Assembly (NCBI GenBank): GCA_017610445.1
Contig: JAFCCB010000001.1
Coordinates: forward strand, 1-48,246
Reading direction: 5' to 3'
Length of the DNA: 48,246 nucleotides
From: Candidatus Dojkabacteria bacterium
GTDB lineage: Archaea; Nanobdellota; Nanobdellia; Pacearchaeales; GW2011-AR1
Shown here: one piece after another, positions 41,837-48,246 of the stretch
Layout of the letters: the number at the start of each line of letters is the position of its first letter
Numbering within the stretch: the stretch's first letter is position 1
Program-made: the position numbers and the translations under genes
Notes under the pieces: model-generated
Databases searched by the model: none
What the model was told of the DNA's origin: nothing
The model's input: the letters and a program-made list of their open reading frames with translations, nothing else

Positions 41837-42550
41837 TTATTTCCCAAATCTTCTGTGTCTTTGTTTAAATTCATTAATGCAATTAATTAAATCTTGTTTT
41901 TCAAATTCAGGCCACATTTTATCAAGAAAAATCCATTCAGAATAAATAGATTGCCATGGAAGAAAATTACTTGTCCTTCTTTCGCCCCCTGTCCTTATTA
42001 TTAAATCAGGCTCACTCTCAAGCCATAAATTTTTCTGAAAATTTCTTTCATTAATTTCCTCCCTGCTATTTACTAATTTTTTTACTGCTTCAATAATTTC
42101 TTCTCTTCCTCCATAACCCAAAGCAAAATTAATAATATAATCAGAATAATTCTCAGTCATTTCTTCTAATTCTTTAATAATCTTTTGAAGCTCTTTATCA
42201 AATAACTTTGTTTTGCCTATAAATCTTATTTTTATTTTATTTTCATGAATTCTTTTGTCTTTTTTTAATCTTAAGAATTCTTTTTTAAAAAGTTTCATTA
42301 AAAAATCAAATTCTTTTTTAGGACGATTAAAATTCTCCAAAGAAAAACAATACAAAGTAAATTCCTTAATCCCCATTTCTTGTAGCCATCCTAATATCTT
42401 TTCTATTTTCTCAGCTCCTAATTCATGCCCTTTCCAGGGTTGTAGCATTAATTTTTTTGCAAATCTTCGGTTACCATCAAGAATAATCCCTATATGTTTG
42501 AGAGTATTTTCTTGATTGTTTTTTAGTTTTTTTAATTGTTGTTTACTCAT
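41837..42550 (-). CDS. uppS: cis-prenyltransferase (undecaprenyl diphosphate synthase family)
   Basis: HIGIILDGNRRFAKK and IRTGGERRTSNFLPWQSIYSEW are the UPPS signatures. Confidence 0.85.
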   Translation of the reverse strand: MSKQQLKKLKNNQENTLKHIGIILDGNRRFAKKLMLQPWKGHELGAEKIEKILGWLQEMGIKEFTLYCFSLENFNRPKKEFDFLMKLFKKEFLRLKKDKRIHENKIKIRFIGKTKLFDKELQKIIKELEEMTENYSDYIINFALGYGGREEIIEAVKKLVNSREEINERNFQKNLWLESEPDLIIRTGGERRTSNFLPWQSIYSEWIFLDKMWPEFEKQDLINCINEFKQRHRRFGK

Positions 42551-42646
42551 TTTATTAATTTTCTTTTATTATCTTTAATTATAATTATCGATTTTTAAAT
42601 CTTATAAATCATTAATTTTATAGTTTATAAATTTTAAGAAGTTTGA

Positions 42647-43321
42647 TTATTCTATTTTTCTAATATCAATCCAGCATCTATACTCTCCTTCACTTTCTAT
42701 TTTATATTTAATTTTAATATCTTTTTTAAATTCAGGCATTTCAAGCACAGCACTTTCTGCTTCTCCTCCTTCAAAATCAATTCTAAATCTAAACTTCTCG
42801 CTTAATCTCTTCAGCTCAAAAAGCTTTTTCTCGTCGATAACAACCCCTAACCATTCTTTTCCCAAACCTTCACAAGCAATCTTAGTCAAAATAACTTTAA
42901 ACCCCAAACCCAACAACTTCTTCCAAACATCCTCACTTTTATAATTCCATAAAGGAGCATAAAACTTTAAATTTAAATCATCACAAATCTTTTTTATTCT
43001 TTTCCCCTGATATGAACTTGCAATCCCTCCAATAACAATAACCTCAATCTCATCTTTGATTTGTTCAATTAATTTTTTCAAATCCCCTAATTCTCTGCCT
43101 TCTTCTCCTTTACTCCCCATAACAACCAATTCTAAATTTAACATCTCTGCCTGCTTACCCAACAATCTTAAATCAGGTTTATGAAACATAAAACTATCAA
43201 AATTCTCAGGAATAACAGAAAGCAAATATCTAACATCATAATTATTTTCCAAAACCAGATGTAAAGCTAAGCATGAATCTTTCCCGCCTGAAAATAAAAC
43301 TGCTGCCCTTTGTTTTTCCAT
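42647..43321 (-). CDS. ATP pyrophosphatase of the MJ0570/Dph6 (diphthine-ammonia ligase-like) family
   Basis: PP-loop AVLFSGGKDSCLAL and an alpha/beta layout typical of the ATP_bind_4 family. Confidence 0.65.
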   Translation of the reverse strand: MEKQRAAVLFSGGKDSCLALHLVLENNYDVRYLLSVIPENFDSFMFHKPDLRLLGKQAEMLNLELVVMGSKGEEGRELGDLKKLIEQIKDEIEVIVIGGIASSYQGKRIKKICDDLNLKFYAPLWNYKSEDVWKKLLGLGFKVILTKIACEGLGKEWLGVVIDEKKLFELKRLSEKFRFRIDFEGGEAESAVLEMPEFKKDIKIKYKIESEGEYRCWIDIRKIE

Positions 43322-43388
43322 TTTATTAAAAATTATTTTAATACTTAATCACATTAATTATCATTTAAATACCTAACTAAAAACTAAC

Positions 43389-46013
43389 TCACATTGTCCT
43401 TTCAAAAGTATCAATAATGTCTCCTGTATCATTATAAACAATTCCATTCATTACATTATTTGTTATATTAATAATAACATAATGAAAATTATGTCCTATA
43501 CAATCTCCAAGAATACTTGTACTTGTCTCACAAGCTCTTAATGGTGCACCTGCCCCCCCAGAAATAATATTAATCATTTCTCCATCATGTGTTGAATTAT
43601 AATTATAAACATGTTCATGTGAAAAAAGACTTGCTGTAACCTCCTTATTATACATCAAATCATCAATCATTGCTGAACGTGTAGGATTAAAACCCATCAA
43701 ACAATCATCTCTTGTTGTTGCTACTAAAGGCCTATGGCCAATAACAAATTTATGAGTATAACCTTCTTGATGTAAAGTTTCATCAAACCAAGTAAATTGG
43801 TTCCCAGTTATATCTCCTTCATTTCCTGCTTCTTCTGTATTCACAAATATAAATAATGAATTCCCATATCCCCAAGAATATGATACTTCTTGCCATTCAT
43901 TATTTTTCCCCTCAAAAGCATTAGTTGCCCCACCCCCATTTAAAGGAGCTATCCAATAATCTTGATAAGCTTGGTGCCCAAAATTCCAGCCTCCATATAA
44001 TTCATGGTTCCCTATTGCAGATAAAAGAGGAATACTTAAATCTCCTCTTAAACCAGAAGTTAAATCATGAAAATTCTTCCAACCTGTTCTATAATCTGAC
44101 TCTTGTGAACATCCTTCTCCCTGAATATCATCTCCTCCAATTATAACAAAATCAGCTCCTTTAGAAGCTATATCATTAATCATGCTCTCAAAAGCCAAAT
44201 CCCCACCATCACAACCAACCTCTGCACAAATACCATCACAACCTCTTGAATCCCCTAAAAAAGCAAAACTAAAACTTGTTTTTGAATTATCTAATGTTTT
44301 AAATGAAGACTTAAATGAATCATTTTTATAAATTTCTCCATCAGAAATATTCTGCACAATAACCTGATAATAATAAACAGTTCCAGGATTAAGGCTGTTT
44401 ATAGTTAATTCATGTATTTTACTGAAAGATGAATCAGAAACAGAATTCCCATAACCAATTGTCTCTCCATAATTTATTGTAATATTTGTTAACATATTTG
44501 TTTCTGTTCTTATTTTTTCTGTTGTTTCATTCCAAGCCATAACATAAGGCTCAAGATAATAACTAAGAGTTGGCTCTGGTATTACTCCTCCATAAACATT
44601 TTCATATATTTCTTTAATCTCTTCCTCACTTAAACTTCTATTCCAAATTGCAGCCTCATCAATCATGCCATCAAAAAATCTATCATTAGATGCTCTAGCT
44701 CCAATTCTTAAATCATAACTTCCAGTGTCAATAGGCCCAGAAACATCAGGCAGACCAGAATTGTCAAGTTCTCCATTAATATAAATTTTCCACTCATTAT
44801 CTGAATAATTATAAGTCATAGTTAAAAAATACCATTTACCTGATTCAATAGAATTAGAGCTCTGATACGCAGTAGGACTACCTCCTATTTTTAATCCTAA
44901 TTCTGGGTTTAGATCATTTGTTAATGCCATACGATAACCATAAGCATCATCTGTGCCTTTGTTTATAATCCTTTGAGTTTTTCCTGACTTATCTTCTGGT
45001 TTTATCCAAGCAGATAATGTAATCTCCTCTGATATTTGAAGTTCTGGACTATCCTGAACAATAAAACTCTGTCCATTATCATACTCAAAATCAAAAGCCC
45101 CATTAACCTTCCCAGCTTCTACAAAACTTGGACAATTTACAGAACAAGTTGCACTATTCCCATTTCCAGAAAAATCATAAGCAAGATTATCTGTTTCACC
45201 ATAATCAGAATCATTATTAAATTTATAATAAGCAACTAACCCCTGAGAAGCAATATCTAAAATACCTGCCTGACAATCTTCAAAATCATAATAATCAATT
45301 GATCCATCACAATCATTATCAACACCATCATCACAAATCTCATTTGCTCCTGGATTAATGTTTATATTACTATCATTACAATCAACAGAACCACAGCTTT
45401 CTCCAGTAGCATTAAATCCATCTCCATCATTATCAACACACTCAAAAGTTCCTTCCCCACTTCCCTCATAAACATCTGTATTAACTTTATTAGGCAAACT
45501 TGTATCTTTTCTCAAATCTTTTTTAAACTTATCTTTAACAGCACTTGTAATAATCTTCCCAGAACTTATCTGAATCTCAAAAGCAATGCTAACAAAAACA
45601 ATATCACTAAAATTAAAACTAGGATCCCCTATTTGATTTCGAACACCAACTTGAGTTATACTATAAACCTTAGTTTCTAATTCATCTGGAATCCCGCCAG
45701 AAAAAGATGGATAATTATAAATATAATTTTTTTCTCTAGAATCTGTAAATATAAATTTTAATGCAGAAATATTTCCTTTTCCTGCGTCTCTATGAACAGA
45801 AACATAAGCTGTCTGATTATCTTCTGGAATATAAACTGATTTTATATCTAAATCAACTTTAAACTGCTCAATAGAAATTTCTTCAGAACTTTTTTGAACA
45901 ACCCCCTTGAAAACATTCCAAACAATTACAATTATTACAAAAACAATCAATATTAATAAAATAGCTGTTATAACCTGTGCTTGTGCATATTTACTCTTTC
46001 CTCTCTTTTTCAT
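43389..46013 (-). CDS. large surface protein: pilin-type N-terminus + DNDCDG metal-binding repeats + LamG-like domain + FN3/PAP-N + metallophosphoesterase
   Basis: MKKRGKSKYAQAQVITAILLILIVFVIIVIVW; CVDNDGDGF...CDDGVDNDCDG; LamG_3-like ...FFDGMIDEAAIWNRSLSEEEI; phosphoesterase motifs GDSRG, GGDD, GNHE, GHRP, HEH. Confidence 0.7.
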   Translation of the reverse strand: MKKRGKSKYAQAQVITAILLILIVFVIIVIVWNVFKGVVQKSSEEISIEQFKVDLDIKSVYIPEDNQTAYVSVHRDAGKGNISALKFIFTDSREKNYIYNYPSFSGGIPDELETKVYSITQVGVRNQIGDPSFNFSDIVFVSIAFEIQISSGKIITSAVKDKFKKDLRKDTSLPNKVNTDVYEGSGEGTFECVDNDGDGFNATGESCGSVDCNDSNININPGANEICDDGVDNDCDGSIDYYDFEDCQAGILDIASQGLVAYYKFNNDSDYGETDNLAYDFSGNGNSATCSVNCPSFVEAGKVNGAFDFEYDNGQSFIVQDSPELQISEEITLSAWIKPEDKSGKTQRIINKGTDDAYGYRMALTNDLNPELGLKIGGSPTAYQSSNSIESGKWYFLTMTYNYSDNEWKIYINGELDNSGLPDVSGPIDTGSYDLRIGARASNDRFFDGMIDEAAIWNRSLSEEEIKEIYENVYGGVIPEPTLSYYLEPYVMAWNETTEKIRTETNMLTNITINYGETIGYGNSVSDSSFSKIHELTINSLNPGTVYYYQVIVQNISDGEIYKNDSFKSSFKTLDNSKTSFSFAFLGDSRGCDGICAEVGCDGGDLAFESMINDIASKGADFVIIGGDDIQGEGCSQESDYRTGWKNFHDLTSGLRGDLSIPLLSAIGNHELYGGWNFGHQAYQDYWIAPLNGGGATNAFEGKNNEWQEVSYSWGYGNSLFIFVNTEEAGNEGDITGNQFTWFDETLHQEGYTHKFVIGHRPLVATTRDDCLMGFNPTRSAMIDDLMYNKEVTASLFSHEHVYNYNSTHDGEMINIISGGAGAPLRACETSTSILGDCIGHNFHYVIINITNNVMNGIVYNDTGDIIDTFERTM

Positions 46014-46262
46014 AAAATAAAAACCAAATCAATTTATTTAAACCTTTTTAATAATAGTGTTGTAAACTTAAAAGGTGATAAAACTGCTTAATTTTAGTGA
46101 TTTATATACAATATTTTGATATTATCAATAAATAAAATAAGATAATTATTATAATCTGTTTTATCGAGGAGAAATATAGGTTATCACCTGTTGGCTTAAC
46201 AGAGCCTTAATAACTCACATATTGTTATTCTCAGAACTATTTCATAAAACAAATTTTAACTA

Positions 46263-46550
46263 TTAAAACTTCCATCTAAAAATAGGCAAACCAACAAAAC
46301 AAGAATCATTATCAGAGGCAACTAATCTGTTTATTCCTGTATTTTCTTTTATTTCATAATTTTTTTGTTCTTGTGCTAATGCTTGATAATTTTTTAATAC
46401 GCTCTTTTTATTAATGCCCCAACTATAAACTGCATTAATTAAAAATTTAGGTTTAGATTCACAGGATTTTTCATTTGCATAAGCCGGGCTTAAAAACAAG
46501 CCTGCTAAAACAATTCCAGTTCCTATTTTCTTTATTAAATTTCCTTTCAT
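46263..46550 (-). CDS. small secreted protein (95 aa)
   Basis: Signal peptide MKGNLIKKIGTGIVLAGLFLSPAYA|NE. Confidence 0.4.
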   Translation of the reverse strand: MKGNLIKKIGTGIVLAGLFLSPAYANEKSCESKPKFLINAVYSWGINKKSVLKNYQALAQEQKNYEIKENTGINRLVASDNDSCFVGLPIFRWKF

Positions 46551-46631
46551 AAAAAATCTAAATAAACTCCTTTTTTAAAGATTTATCTGCTCTTTTGATT
46601 ATTCTCTATAATAACTATTAGGCAATTACCT

Positions 46632-47144
46632 TCATCTTCTGCTGACAAATTCATTATCCTTAACATAAAATCTCAATTTTCTATCCAAATCATTTTTCAC
46701 TCCAATTCTAAAACTTTTAACAATCTCAAAATCTTTTTTTCTATCTCTTAAATCAAGATATCCTTTATCATTAAAGATGTGTTTTTTATGAAATTTCTTG
46801 TCAATTCCCAATGCTTTTGTAAGCAAGCCAGGCCCATTTCCCTTTCCTTTAAAATTTAAAGGTTCAACAGCCCTAATTAAAACAGCACTTGCTTTTCCTT
46901 TTTCTCCTGTAACAAAATTAATTAACCAGTTATTATGAACTCCATAAACTAAAACAGTCCCAGCATCCATTAACATAGTCCTCCTTAAATCTCCATTTTG
47001 CCGGGCACGAGAAGCAGGGTCTTCAGAACCAAAATAAGCTTCTGTTTCAACTATTTTAGCTTTCTTGCCATTAATACAAATCACTTTCCCTAACAACTCC
47101 TTGGCAACAATTTCTGCATCTCGAACAAAAAATTCTTTATCCAT
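46632..47144 (-). CDS. 3-methyladenine DNA glycosylase (AAG/MPG family)
   Basis: FFVRDAEIVAKELLGK...IVETEAYFGSEDPASRA...GTVLVYGVHNNWLINFVTG...AVLIRAVEPL...GPGLLTKALGI. Confidence 0.85.
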   Translation of the reverse strand: MDKEFFVRDAEIVAKELLGKVICINGKKAKIVETEAYFGSEDPASRARQNGDLRRTMLMDAGTVLVYGVHNNWLINFVTGEKGKASAVLIRAVEPLNFKGKGNGPGLLTKALGIDKKFHKKHIFNDKGYLDLRDRKKDFEIVKSFRIGVKNDLDRKLRFYVKDNEFVSRR

Positions 47145-47282
47145 AGATTAAAACAAAAAAACAGATTTATAATTTTAACTAATTTTTGTTTTAACCCCTT
47201 AATGTAAATATAAAGATTTTCATAACCCTAAAAATACAAGAGCATAATAAAAATTAATGCCCCTTACTAAAAATAAAATTTA

Positions 47283-47840
47283 TTAATAATCCTTATCTTC
47301 ATTTTTAACAAAAACTTTTCTTTTTTTAATTAAAAACAAAATTATTATCACTAATACAATTAAAAATATAACCCCAAAAAAAATCCATATTATCCCAACA
47401 CCCTTTGATTTTCCTTTAACTAAAACTTTTAAAGTACTATCTGTTTTTGTGTCTATAGAAATCATTCCTCCCTCAAGAATAGGATTAACTTCAGATAATC
47501 TAACAGTAATTTTGTATTCTTTATTTTCATCTGCATTCCAAGGAACAGACACTTCCATATTAATTGCTACATGTTTTTCTCCTAAAGGAACAAAATACTC
47601 TAAATTCTCATCTGTCAATTTTGCTATTTCCCCTCCCTTTAATAATTCTACTTTTACAGTTATATTTCTTTCTCCTCTTACATTTTGCAATTCTCCAAAT
47701 ATAATATCCTTTGTTTCTCCAGGAGCCATTACTAAAGGATGCCCAGAATAATAATCAGAAGATATCCCAACAAATGCATTAATAAGATTAATAAAACTAA
47801 GAATAAACAATAAACAAACTGCAATTTTAATTAATCTCAT
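47283..47840 (-). CDS. secreted protein with C-terminal TM anchor
   Basis: N-terminal signal MRLIKIAVCLLFILSFINLINAF and C-terminal GIIWIFFGVIFLIVLVIIILFLIKKRK. Confidence 0.5.
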   Translation of the reverse strand: MRLIKIAVCLLFILSFINLINAFVGISSDYYSGHPLVMAPGETKDIIFGELQNVRGERNITVKVELLKGGEIAKLTDENLEYFVPLGEKHVAINMEVSVPWNADENKEYKITVRLSEVNPILEGGMISIDTKTDSTLKVLVKGKSKGVGIIWIFFGVIFLIVLVIIILFLIKKRKVFVKNEDKDY

Positions 47841-48080
47841 AATATAAATTAAATAACATAATTAATAAAACTTGTGCAATATTAAATCAACTTTATAATT
47901 GTTTAAAAATACTAATTGATTTCCCTGACTCTTTGATTATATCTTTTAGTAACATCCTCCAGCACATAAATGTGTGGGCTTCCTCAATATCTCATTGTAT
48001 TTTTAAGTTATGTTCCTCTATTCATCAGCTATACTTCTCACACTTAAAAAGCAAAAAAACAATAACAAAACAAAACTAAA

Positions 48081-48100
48081 ATTAAATTAAATTAAATTAA
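48081..48100. repeat. (TTAAA)4 pentanucleotide repeat
   Basis: Four perfect units in the intergenic region between 48108 (stop) and 47840 (start). Confidence 0.9.
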
Positions 48101-48107
48101 AAGATTA

Positions 48108-48246
48108 TTTATTTAACAGGTTCAACAAAAGCTTTTTTGTTTTTAGCAACAAACCAGATAACTATTATTATTGCAATAATAAGAACAATCCCAAGTATTA
48201 TCCATGTTGTGCTGATTCCTTCTGGGGTTTCTTGTGGTTTTTCAAT
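48108..48246 (-). CDS. C-terminal end of a surface protein with TM anchor (5' part outside the window)
   Basis: ...IEKPQETPEGISTTWIILGIVLIIAIIIVIWFVAKNKKAFVEPVK, stop at 48108-48110. Hand-translated. Confidence 0.45.

Noticed and set aside
840-47751. Many ORF-track entries lie antisense to, or nested in, longer well-supported genes: 840-1022, 1131-1331, 1510-1707, 1743-2021, 2599-2871, 4817-5014, 4935-5135, 6961-7212, 7452-7667, 9707-9898, 11472-11969, 14080-14301, 15824-16015, 16946-17131, 17540-17773, 18313-18528, 22913-23272, 23157-23342, 26133-26438, 26137-26322, 27424-27609, 29334-29534, 29983-30303, 32398-32643, 34564-34854, 35218-35400, 35264-35632, 38435-38623, 40316-40507, 42255-42515, 43925-44146, 45036-45239, 47449-47751.
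   Set aside because: They are shadow frames of AT-rich coding DNA. They have low-complexity, Ile/Phe/Ser/Leu/Asn-rich translations and no motifs. Each overlaps a gene with clear family signatures on the other strand or frame.

Overview
This is a strongly AT-rich (by eye about 30% G+C, not computed), tightly packed archaeal chromosome segment. Housekeeping content is ribosomal proteins S15 and S27e, aIF-2 alpha, aEF-1 beta, tRNA-Gln with an A1:U72 pair, RadA, RPA, Hef/XPF, an EndoQ-like nuclease and UPP synthase. Together with the many very small genes and the abundance of pilin-like surface proteins, this points to a small-genome DPANN-type archaeon (inference). Main blocks: (1) 1-3061, an IS fragment, tRNA-Gln and translation genes. 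(2) 3071-12439, DNA repair and replication genes, including a radA interrupted by two LAGLIDADG inteins (341-aa extein inside a 1339-aa ORF). (3) 13977-28521, the most interesting region: a complete type IV pilus-like system with a prepilin peptidase, a FlaI/PilB-type ATPase, a FlaJ/TadC-type platform protein and about 13 head-to-tail pilin-like genes. Several of these are Cys-rich, and two share a near-identical 66-nt leader-coding repeat. Four unassignable soluble proteins sit inside the ATPase operon. (4) 28604-29877, an IS4/IS5-type insertion sequence with 12-bp inverted repeats and a perfect 34-bp tandem duplication that is translated in two frames. (5) 31898-33886, a PRC-barrel gene followed by three tandem paralogous 4-TM membrane proteins, behind a 25-bp perfect palindrome. 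(6) 34827-37859, Hef split into separate helicase and nuclease genes, with a RelE-like toxin pair and an 18-bp palindromic operator between them. (7) 38137-48246, RNA and lipid housekeeping genes, a PIN/RHH pair, an 874-aa pilin-signal-headed LamG plus metallophosphatase surface protein, an AAG/MPG-type glycosylase and anchored surface proteins. I found no rRNA genes or CRISPR arrays. All functional calls come from motif recognition by eye; no database search was run.
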